Below are positions 47,198 through 59,018 of a stretch of DNA of 64,000 bases, piece after piece. A program made the position numbers and the translations under genes. The number at the start of each line of letters is the position of its first letter. The first letter of the stretch is position 1. The notes below the pieces were generated by a model. That model ran no database searches and had not been told where the DNA came from. It was given only the letters and a program-made list of their open reading frames with translations. This DNA is from Escherichia coli (GTDB lineage Bacteria > Pseudomonadota > Gammaproteobacteria > Enterobacterales > Enterobacteriaceae), in NCBI RefSeq assembly GCF_022846255.1, contig NZ_AP025682.1. One strand, 5' to 3'.

Positions 47198-50100
47198 TCA
47201 GCTGATACTGATGCCTGCGGTGGCTTTCTTCATCACCACAACCAGCAAATCGCTGATACTTGCTGTGGGATACCAGTCATTTACCAGCCATGCTGACACC
47301 GAAAACTCCAGCGTCATGTGACCGTGACCGGCAGGCATATCAATAACGCCACTGTAAATCAGCGTATTATCCAACGCGGTACGGTTATAAATTTCAGCAC
47401 CGTTTTTCCGCACTATCAGACGGCATGAGGAGTAAATATCAGTATGCTCTCTCTCATGTTTAGCGCCGCTGAATGCCACCGCCGGAATAACAATCTGCCG
47501 GTCAAACGGCTGATCGTCATAAATCCTGACGGTAATGGTCCCTGATGGCCACCGTTCCGGTGCACGGGAGTCCCGGGGGAAAGCTTTGCCCACTGTTTTA
47601 ACGAGATCGCCTTCAATCTGGTTCGCGGACAGTTTTCCCAGAACCCGGCAGTTCTCGTTAATCGTGACGTTGTTGAGCGTCCCGGAGTTCGCATTCACGT
47701 TACCGCTGATATCGGCATTTTTCGCCGTCAGCCGCCCGTCCGGTGTCAGGGAAAATGCCGGAGGATTACCGCCGCTGGTAATGGTGGGAGCCGTCAGATA
47801 TTTCAGGAACACTTCGTTCATGAATATCTGATCGCCCTGACCAACAAACATCGGCTTTGTGTTGCCATTTGCAGGATTAACCATCGCAATCCTGTCCGCC
47901 GCCAGCAGCACCTGACTCTGCATGCCGTCAGGGGTGTTCTCAATACCGGCACCAATACCCGCGATATAAAGGCGTCCGTCCCGCATCTGCTGCAGCTTCA
48001 CAGCCCACATGCTGTTCAGGTTATTATTTGTATCAACCTGAACCTTCTGTATCTGCTGAATTGCCGCACTCTGGTCTTCCAGTTTCTTATTGACGGTCTG
48101 CGTGATTTCATTGCTGACACCCGTAATGGACGTCCTGATTTCAGCCAGGTCAGGCGCAAGCTGACCGTTATCAATCTGCGTCCACAACTCCTGAGCCAGA
48201 TGGGTTTTCCCTATCTCTCCTTTGAAAAAATTCAGATAGCCGGATGCATCATCACTCGGCTGGCCAACAGCCTCCACAAATGCCGATTTGCCAACGGTGT
48301 TCACACTGCGGATGTAAAAATAATAATCATGGCCCGGTTTGATATTGATACTGGCGGCTATCCAGTACAGCGCCGTGCCAAGATAGCGTGCTGTGGTTTC
48401 AACCTGCCTGATATCCGCAATCCGCTTTTCCGAGAACCAGAACTCAAACTGTACCGTCGGATCATAAACCGCAAGATGCGGCGTGGCGGTTATCTGAAAA
48501 TACCCCGGTGTCAGCTCAATCTGCGACGGCGCTGCCGGTGCGGCAATCCGGAACGATACCGATGCCGGATCGCCCTGCTGCCCCCACGCATTTACCGCCC
48601 GGACTGTCAGCCTGTAGTTCCCCAGCGCCAGTTGCCTGAAGCGGTATGTGGTTTCCGTCGTCCGGGCCATGCTGACCAGCCGCTCACTGCCGTCGTCCGC
48701 TGCCACGGTAAGGCGAAGCAGGAAGCTCACGCCCTTCACCACCTTCGGCGTGTCCCATCGCGCCAGCACCTGATATTCCCCGCTGTCTGCGGTGACTTCG
48801 GCGGTCAGGTGCTGCACCGCTGGCGGCGTGACACCATTCACCGTGCCGCTCTGGTCGCCGTCAAAGTGCGCCCCGTTATCCACGATGGCTTCTTTTTCCG
48901 GTACATGCTGCACGGCGGTGATGGCATACGTACCGTCATCGTTCTCCCGGATACTCACACAGCGGAACAGGCGCTGGCGCAGCGTCGGCAGCTTCAGCCC
49001 CCATACGCTGTATTCAGCAACACCGTCAGGAACACGGCTCACTTTCACCTTCACGCCGTCGGTGACGGACTGAACCTCCACGCTGACCGGACTCCCCTGC
49101 CCGTCAACCAGGCTTATCAGCGTGGTGCCGGAGGATGGCAGCGTGATTTCACGGTCGAGCGTCAGCGTCCGGGTCTGGCTGTTTACCGCCAGCACGCGCC
49201 CGCCGGTGCTGATACCGGCATAGTCATCATCACAGATTTCAATGACATCGCCCGGCACATGGCGAAGCCCTTCTGCGCCCACGCTGAAGTCCACGGTCTG
49301 CGTTTCCAGCAGTTCTGTTTTAATCAGCCACAGCCCGGCGCGGTGTGCCTGCCCCCGGCTGGTACAGCCAAAAGCATCCATCTTCGTGACGTTACGACCG
49401 TAACGGGCAATGGCCTGCGTGTCCTCCACAAGCTCTGTCGCCGTCTCCCAGCCGTTGTTCGGGTCAATCCAGTTCACCTCAACGGCATTATGGCGGTCTT
49501 TCAGGGCGCTGAAGCTGTAGCGGAACGGCGCGCCATCATCCGGCATCACCACATTACTGCGGTTATAGGTCCACACCTTATCCGACGGTCGGTCCTGCAC
49601 GAACGTCAGCGTCTGCCCGTTCCATACCGGCATACAGCGCATCGCCGAGCAGAAATCACTGAGCACATCCCACGCCTTGCGCTGTGTGGTCAGGTACGCA
49701 TTACAGGTGATGCGCGGCTCCGTGCCGCCAAAACCGTCCGGCACTGACTGGTCGCAATACTGGCCGATGACATACAGCGCCCATTTATCCACATCTGCCG
49801 CACCAAGACGTTTCCCCATGCCGTAGCGCGGGTGGGTCAGCATATCCCACAGACACCAGGCCATGTTGTTGCTGTATGCTGGCTTAAACGTTCCGTCCCA
49901 GATACCGCTGTATTGCCGCGTCTGCGGGTTATAGTTCGACGGCACCTGCAGAATACGCCCGCGCAGATGATAATTACGGCTCACCTGCTGGCTGCCGAAC
50001 TGCTCCGAATCCACCTGCACGCCGACCAGTGCCGTGTTCGGGTAGCACTGTTTCACATCGATGATTTCGGTGTATGACGACCAGAGCGTTTTGTTCTGCA

Positions 50101-50677
50101 GCTGGTCTGTGGTGCTGTCCGGCGTCATCCTGCGCATCCGGATATTAAACGGGCGCGGCGGCAGGTTATCCACCACCACCGAGGCCAGATACTGCGAGGT
50201 GGTTTTGCCCTTAATGGTGATGTCTTTTTCCGTCACCCAGCCACCGTTACGTTGTATCTGAACCAGCAGGCGGACTTCCGATGGATTCCTGTCCCCCTTT
50301 GAGGTGGTTTCCACCAGTGCCTGCACACCGAAGGTAAAGCGCAGACGGTCGATGTTTGCCGACGTGATGGTGCGGGTGATCGGCGTGTCGTATTTCACTT
50401 CCGTACCCAGCACCGTCTCGGAACCGGAGGATTCAAATCCCTCCGGCGGTGTCTGCTCCTGCTCACCTGCCCGGAACACCACCGTGACACCGGAGATGTT
50501 GGTATTCCCCTCACTGTCCAGCACCGGCGTACTGTTCAGCAGCACGCTTTTTAATCCATCCACCGGACCTTCAACCGGCCCTTCACTGATGGCATCAATC
50601 ACACTCAGCAACTGCGTGGATTTCAGGTTGTCCTTCGCTTCGCGCGGGGTATGCCCCTTACTGCTGCCTTTACCCAT
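47198..50677 (-). CDS. J: Tail tip host-specificity protein J
   Basis: 1159 aa ([24 protein letters not shown]...). It is collinear with lambda J, but the C-terminal part diverges. Confidence 0.9.
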   Translation of the reverse strand: MGKGSSKGHTPREAKDNLKSTQLLSVIDAISEGPVEGPVDGLKSVLLNSTPVLDSEGNTNISGVTVVFRAGEQEQTPPEGFESSGSETVLGTEVKYDTPITRTITSANIDRLRFTFGVQALVETTSKGDRNPSEVRLLVQIQRNGGWVTEKDITIKGKTTSQYLASVVVDNLPPRPFNIRMRRMTPDSTTDQLQNKTLWSSYTEIIDVKQCYPNTALVGVQVDSEQFGSQQVSRNYHLRGRILQVPSNYNPQTRQYSGIWDGTFKPAYSNNMAWCLWDMLTHPRYGMGKRLGAADVDKWALYVIGQYCDQSVPDGFGGTEPRITCNAYLTTQRKAWDVLSDFCSAMRCMPVWNGQTLTFVQDRPSDKVWTYNRSNVVMPDDGAPFRYSFSALKDRHNAVEVNWIDPNNGWETATELVEDTQAIARYGRNVTKMDAFGCTSRGQAHRAGLWLIKTELLETQTVDFSVGAEGLRHVPGDVIEICDDDYAGISTGGRVLAVNSQTRTLTLDREITLPSSGTTLISLVDGQGSPVSVEVQSVTDGVKVKVSRVPDGVAEYSVWGLKLPTLRQRLFRCVSIRENDDGTYAITAVQHVPEKEAIVDNGAHFDGDQSGTVNGVTPPAVQHLTAEVTADSGEYQVLARWDTPKVVKGVSFLLRLTVAADDGSERLVSMARTTETTYRFRQLALGNYRLTVRAVNAWGQQGDPASVSFRIAAPAAPSQIELTPGYFQITATPHLAVYDPTVQFEFWFSEKRIADIRQVETTARYLGTALYWIAASINIKPGHDYYFYIRSVNTVGKSAFVEAVGQPSDDASGYLNFFKGEIGKTHLAQELWTQIDNGQLAPDLAEIRTSITGVSNEITQTVNKKLEDQSAAIQQIQKVQVDTNNNLNSMWAVKLQQMRDGRLYIAGIGAGIENTPDGMQSQVLLAADRIAMVNPANGNTKPMFVGQGDQIFMNEVFLKYLTAPTITSGGNPPAFSLTPDGRLTAKNADISGNVNANSGTLNNVTINENCRVLGKLSANQIEGDLVKTVGKAFPRDSRAPERWPSGTITVRIYDDQPFDRQIVIPAVAFSGAKHEREHTDIYSSCRLIVRKNGAEIYNRTALDNTLIYSGVIDMPAGHGHMTLEFSVSAWLVNDWYPTASISDLLVVVMKKATAGISIS

Positions 50678-50737
50678 TCGTCATGCTCCATAAACGACAA
50701 AACCGCCCGGAGGCGGTTTCACATAAAACATTTTGCA

Positions 50738-51409
50738 TCAGCGACCAATCACCACAACCTGACCACCGTCCCCTTCGTCTGCCGTGCTGATCTCCTGAGA
50801 AACCACGCGTGACCCCACGCGCATTTCCCCGTACAGAACAGGCAGAACATTGCCCTGGGCAACCATGTTATCCAGTGACGAGAAATACGTGTTCTGTTTG
50901 CCGTTATCTGTACTGGCTGCCGTGGGCGTCCTGGCTTTCGGTGCCAGCATCTGCGCCACACCACCAAGTACCATACTGGCACCGAGAGAAAACAGGATAC
51001 CGGTCATACCACCGGCCCCAATGGCTGCCCCCCATGCTGCAAGGGTGGCTCCGGCAGTAAAGAATGATCCGGCAATGGCGGCAGCCCCCAGAACAATCTG
51101 GAATACGCCCCCTGACTTGGCCCCGGCGACTCTGGGAACAATATGAATCACAGCGCCGTCAGGCAGAACCTCATGTAACTGCGCCGTCAATCCGGACGTG
51201 CTGACGTCCCGCCCGGAAATCCGTACCTGATACCAGCCGTCGCTCAGTTTCTGACGAAACGCCGGGAGCTGTGTGGCCAGCGCCCGAATGGCTTCAGCCC
51301 CCGTTTTCACACGAAGGTCGATGCGGCGGCCAAATCGTTGTAAATCCCCGTAAAGGCAGATGCGCGCCATGCCCGGTGACGCCAGAGGGAGTGTGTGCGT
51401 CGCTGCCAT
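50738..51409 (-). CDS. I: Tail tip assembly protein I
   Basis: 223-aa ORF, lambda gpI-like. Confidence 0.88.
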   Translation of the reverse strand: MAATHTLPLASPGMARICLYGDLQRFGRRIDLRVKTGAEAIRALATQLPAFRQKLSDGWYQVRISGRDVSTSGLTAQLHEVLPDGAVIHIVPRVAGAKSGGVFQIVLGAAAIAGSFFTAGATLAAWGAAIGAGGMTGILFSLGASMVLGGVAQMLAPKARTPTAASTDNGKQNTYFSSLDNMVAQGNVLPVLYGEMRVGSRVVSQEISTADEGDGGQVVVIGR

Positions 51410-52050
51410 TTGTCGGTATACCTCTCTCGTTTGCTCAGTTGTTCAGGAATATGGTGCAGCAGCTCGCCGTCGCCGCAGTAAATAGCGGCATGATTCGGCA
51501 CCGATGAACCAAAACAGCACAGCAGCACATCGCCCGGCTGCGCCGCTGACAACGGCACCTGATACAGCCCCGTTGCCTCCAGATTATCCAGATAGAGATT
51601 CTGACCGTGACGCCACCAGTCATCCTCACGATGAAAATCCGGCATCTCAATCCCCGCCAGATGATAAGCATCCCGGAACAGCGTGTAACAGTCCGTCACC
51701 CCGTGCTCAAAGCGCCGCCCGGTGAGATGCGGCACACAGCGGAACTTATGAATCGCCCCCCGGCAGACCAGCAACCACGGCAAATCACTCTGCACCTGCA
51801 GCCGCCGGTCGGCCTCACTCAGCCAGGGCAGACCACCGGGGTGGCTGTGGACCAGCGCCACAATCTCACCCTGCATTTCTGCCTGCAGCCAGTCTTCCGG
51901 CGACATACGGAAATACGCCTCCGGCTCACCGGAGATATTCACGCAGGGGAAATATCTTTCCCCCTCCGGCGTGCTTACCACGAAGCCGCACGACTCCGCT
52001 GGCGCACATCGCCGGGCGTGCGCCAGAATCGCTGATTCTGCCTGTGTCAT
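51307..52050 (-). CDS. K: Tail tip assembly protein K (NlpC/P60 + JAB/MPN); the true start is probably the internal MSPEDW
   Basis: The ORF is 247 aa; lambda gpK corresponds to its C-terminal part of about 199 aa (HSHPGG JAB motif). Confidence 0.8.
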   Translation of the reverse strand: MTQAESAILAHARRCAPAESCGFVVSTPEGERYFPCVNISGEPEAYFRMSPEDWLQAEMQGEIVALVHSHPGGLPWLSEADRRLQVQSDLPWLLVCRGAIHKFRCVPHLTGRRFEHGVTDCYTLFRDAYHLAGIEMPDFHREDDWWRHGQNLYLDNLEATGLYQVPLSAAQPGDVLLCCFGSSVPNHAAIYCGDGELLHHIPEQLSKRERYTDKWQRRTHSLWRHRAWRASAFTGIYNDLAAASTFV

Positions 52051-52055
52051 GGGAT

Positions 52056-52754
52056 TTACTGCGAAAGTTTGTTAATGGAAAGGAAGCCGCCAAAGTTGCC
52101 GACGTTATTGCGGAACTTACAACCGCTCAGGCATTTGCTGCATTTATCCTTCGTGATATCGGACGTTGGCTGGTCATATTCATCCGCGACCGCCGGACCG
52201 TGATAACCGCACTCATCGCCGCGATAGGTCCAGGTGCAGGTGTTGGCCAGCATGATGCGCCCCGGAAAAACGGCACCATCCGTTTCCGTCGGTGTGGACA
52301 GTACAAAGGAGGCACTGACCGCACTCAGTTCGCTGCACTGCTCGATGCGCCAGCGGCTGATCACCTCCTGCTCCGGATCGGCGTCGCTGTTTCCGTTGAC
52401 GAAGTTCACCGCATCCAGAAAACGGGCGTAAACCTTACGCCTGACCACCGTTCCGCCGACCAGACTCTGCAGATCTTCCACCATCCCGGTGACCATACCG
52501 TACAGGTTAGAAACCGTCAGCGTGGGGCGCGTACTGGTGCCTTTGCCATTCAGTTCAAAACTACTCCCCTGAATGGGATACGGCTGATACTGTCGCCCCT
52601 GCCAGGTGACCGGCTCACCTTTTTCGTTCTGCTCATTACAGAAAAAATAACGTTCTCCACCGACCTCTGTCAGATCGATTTCCCAGAGCACCACGCTGGC
52701 CGACTGCTCCGCACGGGTGCATTCATTCAATGTTTCCTGCCGGATATCCTGCAT
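52056..52754 (-). CDS. L: Tail tip protein L
   Basis: 232-aa ORF, lambda gpL-like. Confidence 0.88.
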   Translation of the reverse strand: MQDIRQETLNECTRAEQSASVVLWEIDLTEVGGERYFFCNEQNEKGEPVTWQGRQYQPYPIQGSSFELNGKGTSTRPTLTVSNLYGMVTGMVEDLQSLVGGTVVRRKVYARFLDAVNFVNGNSDADPEQEVISRWRIEQCSELSAVSASFVLSTPTETDGAVFPGRIMLANTCTWTYRGDECGYHGPAVADEYDQPTSDITKDKCSKCLSGCKFRNNVGNFGGFLSINKLSQ

Positions 52755-53083
52755 CAGTTCACCACCTGTTCAAACTCTGCGCTGAACTCAACACGCAGCA
52801 TACTGACCCGCGACGACCATTTTGCGCAGGTCACCTTTATCTGCCGCCACTCATAAGGCGGCGTCCACAGAAAGGATTTCCAGCCCCCGTGCTCAGCCAG
52901 AAACGACTCCAGCGCCGTGGGCTCCCAACGGGGGACAGAAAGCGTCACGCTGTACGTTTTCAGGTTGGCATTCAGCCCGGCAGGCGCTCGCTGGGAATAG
53001 CCATCACCAAAGCGCACCTTTCTTACAGAAGGGGCCGAAGCCACATCCATACCGGGTTTCACTTTCCAGCGGAAGGTTTTCAT
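52754..53083 (-). CDS. M: Tail tip protein M
   Basis: 109-aa ORF, lambda gpM-like. Confidence 0.88.
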   Translation of the reverse strand: MKTFRWKVKPGMDVASAPSVRKVRFGDGYSQRAPAGLNANLKTYSVTLSVPRWEPTALESFLAEHGGWKSFLWTPPYEWRQIKVTCAKWSSRVSMLRVEFSAEFEQVVN

Positions 53084-55641
53084 CGTCCACCTCCGGAGAA
53101 CAGGCCACCATCACGCATCTGTGTCTGAATTTCATCACGGGCACCCTTGCGGGCCATGTCATACACTGCCTTCATCATCTGTGGACCTGGCAGACCATTC
53201 GTACCGTCGTTCTGAATCACCACGTGATTGTTCTGATTAAAATTAATGCCTTCAGCCCGCCGCATCTGCGCCGGACTTCCGGCACCGCCCACATAACCAC
53301 CTTCCGCATAGCCCCGCATTAGGCGGTACAGGTTGCCGACACCAATCCGGCTGGTTGCCTCCTTCGTGAAGACAAACTCACCACGGTGAACAATCCCCGC
53401 TGGCTCATATTTGCCGCCGGTTCCCGTAAATCCTCCGGTTGCAAAATGGAATTTCGCCGCAGCGGCCTGAATGGCTGTACCGCCTGACGCGGATGCGCCG
53501 CCACCAACAGCCCCGCCAATGGCGCTGCCGATACTCCCGACAATCCCCACCATTGCCTGCTTAAGCAGAATTTCTGTCATCATGGACAGCACGGAACGGG
53601 TGAAGCTTCGCCAGTTCTGCTCACTGCCGGTCAGCATCGCCGCCATATTATGCGCAATACCATCAAAGGTCTGCGTGGCAGCACTTTTAACCTGCGACAT
53701 ACTGTCCGTGGCACTCTCTTTCCACTCGCTCCAGCCGGACCTGAGGCCTGCCATCCAGTTCCCGCGAAGCAGGTCTTCAGCCGCCCAGGTCTTTTTCTGC
53801 TCTGACATGACGTTATTCAGCGCCAGAGGATTATCGCCATACTGTTCCTTCAGGCGCTGTTCCGTGGCGTCCCGCGCTGCCTGCCGGTCAGTCAGCCCCC
53901 GGTTTTTCGCCTCAATGGCTGCCCGTTTTGCCCGTTGTTGCTGTGCGAATTTATCCGCCTGCTGCGCCAGCGCGTTCAGGCGCTCCTGATACGTAACCTT
54001 GTCGCCAAGTGCAGCCAGCTGGCGTTTGTACTCCAGCGTCTCATCTTTATGCGCCAGCAGGGATTTCTCCTGTACAGACAGCTGGCGACGTTGCGCCGCC
54101 TCCTCCAGTACCGCGAACTGACTCTCCGCCTTCCACAAATCCCGGCGCTGCTGGCTGATTTTCTCATTTGCTCCGGCATGCTTCTCCAGCGTCCGGAGTT
54201 CAGCCTGAAGCGTCAGCAGGGCAGCATGAGCACTGTCTTCCTGACGATCGCCCGCAGACACCTTCACGCCGGACTGTTTCGGCTTTTTCAGCGTCGCTTC
54301 ATAGTCCTTTTTCGCCGCCGCCATCAGCGTGTTGTAATCTGCCTGCAGAATTTTCCCGTCCTTCAGTGCCTTGTTCAGTTCTTCCTGACGGGCGGTATAT
54401 TTCTCCAGCGGCGTCTGCAGCCGTTCGTAAGCCTTCTGCGCCTCTTCGGTATATTTCAGCCGTGACGCTTCAGTATCGCTCTGCTGCTGCGCATTTTTGT
54501 CCTGTTGACTCTGCTGCTCAGCCTTCTTTCTCGCGGCTTCAAGCGCAAGACGGGCCTTTTCACGATCATCCCAGTAACGCGCCCGCGCTTCATCGTTAAC
54601 AAAATAATCATCCTTGCGCAGACTCCAGATGTCGTCCGCTTTCTTAAACGCAGCCTCTGCCTTAATCAGCATCTCCTGCGCGGTATCAGGACGACCAATA
54701 TCCAGCACCGCATCCCACATGGATTTGAATGCCCGCGCTGTCCTGTCTGCCCAGGTCTCCAGCGTACCCATGTTCTCTTTCAGGCGGCGGGTCTGGTCAT
54801 CAAACCCTTTCGTCGCGGCCTCGTTCGCCGCCTGCAATGCCCCGGCTTCATCGCCGGAACGCTGCAACTGAGCAACATACGCAATCTGCTCCGTCGTCAC
54901 GTTATGGAACTGGCGTGCCATCGCTGTCAGCCCTGACGTCGGGTCTGTGGTCAGCTTCCCGAAGGCTTCAGCGACCTTGTCCACCTCCACGCCGGATGCA
55001 GAGGAGAAACGCGCCACACTCTGGCTGATGGATGCAATCTGAGCCTCACCGCTTACTCCCGCCTTAACCAGTGCGCTGAGTGACTCGCTGGTCTGGTTAA
55101 ACGTCAGCCCTGCCGCCTGCCCGGCTCTGGACAGGACCAGCATGCGATCTGCCGTCAGACCCGACTGATTGCCGGAAAGGACCAGCGTTTTGTTGAAATC
55201 GGACAGGGTTGAGTTGCCCTGATACCAGGCATACGCCAGCGCACCGGTCGCCACCGCCAGCGAGGTGGCCCCGACCATCGGCAGGGTGATCGCACCGGCA
55301 AGCCCCCTGAACATGGGGATCATCCCGCCGAAGGAGTCCTTCACCTGCCCCCCCTGTTGCAGCAGGATCAGCCACGGACTTTGCCCGCCTGCAAGCTGCG
55401 TGGCCACGTCGGTGAACTGCGCAGGCAGCATACGCATGGCAGCTTTATACTGCCCGACGGAAATCCCCGCTTTCTGTGCAGCCAGTGCCTGTCGGCTCAG
55501 CGACTGTTCAACGACTGCCGCTGTTTTTTTCGCATCACTTTCCGTACCGGAAAAATGACGCCTGACTCTGGCCATCTGCTCGTCAAATCTGGCCGCATCC
55601 AGACTCAAATCAACGACCAGATCGCCTACCGGTTCAGCCAT
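53080..55641 (-). CDS. H: Tail tape measure protein H
   Basis: 853 aa, the same length as lambda gpH, coiled-coil rich. Confidence 0.9.
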   Translation of the reverse strand: MAEPVGDLVVDLSLDAARFDEQMARVRRHFSGTESDAKKTAAVVEQSLSRQALAAQKAGISVGQYKAAMRMLPAQFTDVATQLAGGQSPWLILLQQGGQVKDSFGGMIPMFRGLAGAITLPMVGATSLAVATGALAYAWYQGNSTLSDFNKTLVLSGNQSGLTADRMLVLSRAGQAAGLTFNQTSESLSALVKAGVSGEAQIASISQSVARFSSASGVEVDKVAEAFGKLTTDPTSGLTAMARQFHNVTTEQIAYVAQLQRSGDEAGALQAANEAATKGFDDQTRRLKENMGTLETWADRTARAFKSMWDAVLDIGRPDTAQEMLIKAEAAFKKADDIWSLRKDDYFVNDEARARYWDDREKARLALEAARKKAEQQSQQDKNAQQQSDTEASRLKYTEEAQKAYERLQTPLEKYTARQEELNKALKDGKILQADYNTLMAAAKKDYEATLKKPKQSGVKVSAGDRQEDSAHAALLTLQAELRTLEKHAGANEKISQQRRDLWKAESQFAVLEEAAQRRQLSVQEKSLLAHKDETLEYKRQLAALGDKVTYQERLNALAQQADKFAQQQRAKRAAIEAKNRGLTDRQAARDATEQRLKEQYGDNPLALNNVMSEQKKTWAAEDLLRGNWMAGLRSGWSEWKESATDSMSQVKSAATQTFDGIAHNMAAMLTGSEQNWRSFTRSVLSMMTEILLKQAMVGIVGSIGSAIGGAVGGGASASGGTAIQAAAAKFHFATGGFTGTGGKYEPAGIVHRGEFVFTKEATSRIGVGNLYRLMRGYAEGGYVGGAGSPAQMRRAEGINFNQNNHVVIQNDGTNGLPGPQMMKAVYDMARKGARDEIQTQMRDGGLFSGGGR

Positions 55642-56068
55642 ACCGGACTCCTCCTGCGATCCCTTCTGATACTGTCATCAGCATTACGTCATCCTCCGTC
55701 ATGTCCGCCACATCCGGGGAAGCGGGGATAACTTCATTCCCGTCCGGGCCAAAGCGGACACCTCCGGCAAGCCCTGCCGCTTTCTGCATCAGCACATCAT
55801 CTTCAGGCTCTTCGTCAGCCTCGCGCCGGTTCAGCAGACTGAAATCCAGCGGATGCATATCCGGATCGCTGAAAAACAGGCTGAGTACGGTGTACGTCAG
55901 CCCGGAAAAGTGCATATCCAGCAGAACATCATGAAAATAATGGGTACTGTAAAAGCGGTGCCAGTCGGCATACTCCGTGGATGACATCCCGGCAAGCATG
56001 GCACGCCAGTCGGGTCGCCCCATCTCGCGCGCCAGTTTCAGGGCAAAACTCAGCTCACCGTCGAACAC
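55634..56068 (-). CDS. T: Tail assembly chaperone T frame (expressed as a G-T fusion via -1 frameshift)
   Basis: 144-aa ORF in the -1 frame relative to G, beginning at the slippery site. Confidence 0.8.
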   Translation of the reverse strand: MFDGELSFALKLAREMGRPDWRAMLAGMSSTEYADWHRFYSTHYFHDVLLDMHFSGLTYTVLSLFFSDPDMHPLDFSLLNRREADEEPEDDVLMQKAAGLAGGVRFGPDGNEVIPASPDVADMTEDDVMLMTVSEGIAGGVRYG

Positions 56069-56472
56069 TTTCCCGCAGAAACAGGCTCTGCAGGCCCGGC
56101 GTCCTCTGCCTGTTCAGGAGCATCATTCACCACAAACTCATACATACCGGACAGCCGGTACACCACGTTTTCAGCATGAGAAATTGCCTCTGTGGGCCAG
56201 GTGGTAAGCACTTCCCGCTCAATCTGTTTAACGGCTTCATTCATGGAAGGCAGCTTTGTCTTCTTCGGATGGTTATGCCACAGGGACATCGCCACCAGAA
56301 ACGCGCCGGTTCTGATGGCGTCTTCCACAGTAAACTTCCGGTTGCTGTCTGACTCCGCCTGTTCTGCCTGCCGTTTCATCAGGGCGAGATGCTCAATACG
56401 CTGCAGGGCTGACAGTTCAGAAAGCGTGACGGTCACACCGTTATGTTCAAATGATTCGGTTTTCAGGAACAT
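56050..56472 (-). CDS. G: Tail assembly chaperone G
   Basis: 140 aa (MFLKTESFEHNGVTVTLSELSALQRIEHLALMKRQAEQAES...), lambda gpG-like. Confidence 0.9.
   Translation of the reverse strand: MFLKTESFEHNGVTVTLSELSALQRIEHLALMKRQAEQAESDSNRKFTVEDAIRTGAFLVAMSLWHNHPKKTKLPSMNEAVKQIEREVLTTWPTEAISHAENVVYRLSGMYEFVVNDAPEQAEDAGPAEPVSAGKCSTVS
56068..56074 (-). other. Programmed -1 ribosomal frameshift slippery heptamer (GGGAAAG) for the G-T fusion
   Basis: The minus strand reads CTGCGGGAAAGTG at the G/T overlap, identical to the lambda G-T slip site. Confidence 0.8.
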
Positions 56473-56487
56473 CGCTGACTCTCCGGA

Positions 56488-57228
56488 TTAACTGGCGGTG
56501 ACGTTGATTTCTGCAACCGCAGCAAGTTCACCATTACCGGATACGACCGGAATGTTGACCTTGCCTGCAGCAACACCTTTCACGGTGATGGTCATACCAC
56601 TGACCGACACGGTGGCTTTTGTTTTATCCGCAGACACCGCACGGAAGCTCTTGTCGGTTGCGCCCTCCGGCTGGAATGCCACGGTCAGCGTGGTGCTCTG
56701 CCCTTTCACTACGGAAGCACTGGCGGGTGTCACCGTCATGCCGGTTGTCGCCGTCACCGTGCTGCGATCTTCTGCCATCGACGGACGTCCCACATTGGTG
56801 ACCTTCACCGTGCGGGTAATCACTTCCTTCGCCGTCACCGCCTTACCGATACTGCTGACCCAGCCACGGAACACATCGACCGTGCCGTTCGGGAAGCGGA
56901 TTTTATAGGCACGGATATCACCTTCATTAAACCACGCCAGCAGCGCCTGCTGCCCCTGCTCTCCGGGCATCCACGCCAGCGTGAAGCTGGTATCTCCGGC
57001 AGATTTCTGCCCCTGCCCGGTCGCAGTCCAGTCTGCATCTTCATCATCGAGATAGCTGTCGTCATAGGACTCAGCGGTCAGTTCGCCGGGCGTCAGGTCT
57101 TTAACTTTTGCCAGACGCGACCAGTCAACGTCTGAAAGCGGGTTCGCATAAGGGTCACCGCTCCCCTTATAAACCCACAGGGTGGTCCCGGCACCTTTCA
57201 CCGGCATTGTAGGATTTGGTACAGGCAT
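56488..57228 (-). CDS. V: Major tail protein V (with C-terminal Ig-like domain)
   Basis: Start at the internal [16 protein letters not shown], 246 aa. Confidence 0.9.
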   Translation of the reverse strand: MPVPNPTMPVKGAGTTLWVYKGSGDPYANPLSDVDWSRLAKVKDLTPGELTAESYDDSYLDDEDADWTATGQGQKSAGDTSFTLAWMPGEQGQQALLAWFNEGDIRAYKIRFPNGTVDVFRGWVSSIGKAVTAKEVITRTVKVTNVGRPSMAEDRSTVTATTGMTVTPASASVVKGQSTTLTVAFQPEGATDKSFRAVSADKTKATVSVSGMTITVKGVAAGKVNIPVVSGNGELAAVAEINVTAS

Positions 57229-57235
57229 AGCGTCC

Positions 57236-57631
57236 TCACATTTCATAGGTAATGACATAAGTCAGATCGGCTGAACTCCACAGGCCCGCATCATCGTCGC
57301 GCCGGTAGTCATAGCCGCTGGCCACCATACTGGTGATCAAATCTGACAGTGCCGGGATATCGCTCATCACCGGGTAAATCCGGGACTCCATCCACGAATC
57401 CAGCTCTGAATCCGGCACCTGAGCAGGCAGGAAAACTTCGATATGCAGCTCCGCCTGCCAGGTATCGCTGTCCAGCTCTTCGCCCGTGTATTCAGCGCCG
57501 GTGAGATAAACGGCAACTGCCGGAAAATCCGCCTCATCAAAAACAGCGGGGCGACCATCAAAAAACGTCGCCCCGGTGTCATGCTTCTCCAGTGCATCCA
57601 GTACGGCTGCACGGAGTTCAGTATGTTTCAT
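57236..57631 (-). CDS. U: Tail terminator protein U
   Basis: 131-aa ORF, lambda gpU-like. Confidence 0.9.
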   Translation of the reverse strand: MKHTELRAAVLDALEKHDTGATFFDGRPAVFDEADFPAVAVYLTGAEYTGEELDSDTWQAELHIEVFLPAQVPDSELDSWMESRIYPVMSDIPALSDLITSMVASGYDYRRDDDAGLWSSADLTYVITYEM

Positions 57632-58206
57632 CGCTTTATTACCATCCTCAGTTGATGCTGCAGCGCATAGCCCAGCTCTTTCGGAAGACGTTCACGCCGT
57701 ATCCGCTCAATATTTTGTTTAAACGCCGTGGTCAGCGGCACCGCCATCGGGATTTTCACTACATCAATGGGGTAACGGTTTTTCCCGGCCACACGCTGCA
57801 TGACATGCCACCGGCCATTTTTCAGTTGCTGAATAAACGCGCCGGGAATACGACGGTTACCCACCACAAGCACGCTGCCGCCACCTTTCAGGGATGAACG
57901 CTGCCCCTTTTTACGACGCCTGCGTCGGGACAGGACAATCCGCGCGTTACCCAGCTTTATTACGGGCAAATCCCCCCGGTTAACCCTGATTCTGGCCTGC
58001 GGATTTTTGACCGTGGCCCTTTTCAGCCTGGCCCTTTCCTTTACCAGTTTCCGGCGTACCTTTGTCTCACGGGCAACCTGTGACGCCGACTGCGATATCG
58101 CGGATGAAGCAACGCGGTTAATGGCCATTGCGGCGGCACCGGGCACCGCCGTTCTGCTGATACGGCTGAGGTTTTCAACGGCCTGCTCAAGACCTTTTAT
58201 GGCCAT
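57628..58206 (-). CDS. Z: Tail completion protein Z
   Basis: 192-aa ORF, lambda gpZ-like. Confidence 0.88.
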   Translation of the reverse strand: MAIKGLEQAVENLSRISRTAVPGAAAMAINRVASSAISQSASQVARETKVRRKLVKERARLKRATVKNPQARIRVNRGDLPVIKLGNARIVLSRRRRRKKGQRSSLKGGGSVLVVGNRRIPGAFIQQLKNGRWHVMQRVAGKNRYPIDVVKIPMAVPLTTAFKQNIERIRRERLPKELGYALQHQLRMVIKR

Positions 58207-58217
58207 ACATCCCCCTT

Positions 58218-58571
58218 TCAGCGGCGACGGTTAACGGCAGGCGGTACGCCCCGCCCAAGCCAGAGATGACAGCTTCCGCCATCATCCGGCGAAATCCGGT
58301 CTATCCAGAAGTTTTCCTCACCGATGGTCAGCGTGTCGCCGCGCCGCAGCTGCCGCACATCATCAGTCCGGACAAACAGGGACGGGCTGGAGCCTTCAAC
58401 GCGCACGCCCTGTCCGGCATAGCTGATATTTTCAGGGTCATCAAAAACACCACGTATCACAGCACCGGACTGCTCACCGGATGTCATGGTGGCTGACGTT
58501 CCCATGTACCCGCGTATCGTTTCATCGGCGCGGGCAATGGCAGCATCGAACAGGTTATCGAAATCAGCCAC
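58218..58571 (-). CDS. FII: Head-tail joining protein FII
   Basis: 117-aa ORF, lambda gpFII-like. Confidence 0.88.
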   Translation of the reverse strand: MADFDNLFDAAIARADETIRGYMGTSATMTSGEQSGAVIRGVFDDPENISYAGQGVRVEGSSPSLFVRTDDVRQLRRGDTLTIGEENFWIDRISPDDGGSCHLWLGRGVPPAVNRRR

Positions 58572-58582
58572 AGCGCCTCCCG

Positions 58583-58978
58583 TTATTGCATTCTGGCCAG
58601 GCCGCGCTCTGTCATTTCGGCTGCCACACCGGCAGAGACACGAAACGCCGTTCCCGGCAGCACAAATGCCACAGGTTCATCCCGCGTGGCGTGAAGTGCA
58701 TCAGTATGCAGCGTCACCAGTGCCACAACCGTGACCAGATCAGCCGTATCAGTCACGGTATCCGGCTGCGCTGATACCACCTCATTTTCATGTCCGGTCA
58801 GCGCATTTTCCGGGCTGACAGATGTGTCCTGACCGGCAGCGTCATCCGTGTCATCAAGCTCCTCTTCCAGCTCTGCCACACGGAGCACCAGTTCTTCTTT
58901 CGTCCCCGTCAGGCTGACATCACGGTTCAGTTGTTCACCCAGCGAGCGGAGACGGGCAATCAGTTCATCTTTCGTCAT
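58583..58978 (-). CDS. FI: DNA packaging protein FI
   Basis: Start at the internal MTKDELIARLRSLGEQL, 132 aa. Confidence 0.85.
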   Translation of the reverse strand: MTKDELIARLRSLGEQLNRDVSLTGTKEELVLRVAELEEELDDTDDAAGQDTSVSPENALTGHENEVVSAQPDTVTDTADLVTVVALVTLHTDALHATRDEPVAFVLPGTAFRVSAGVAAEMTERGLARMQ

Positions 58979-59018
58979 GGACTCCTCCACAGAGAGAAAT
59001 GGCCCCGAAGGGCCATGA

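Noticed and set aside
48200-49747. 515-aa + strand ORF
   Set aside because: It is entirely antisense to the well-supported J gene. It is Arg/His-rich, shows no domain signatures, and is a GC-rich shadow ORF.
53471-55028. Several + strand ORFs (172, 176, 143, 143 and 99 aa)
   Set aside because: They are antisense to the tape-measure gene H and have no independent signals.
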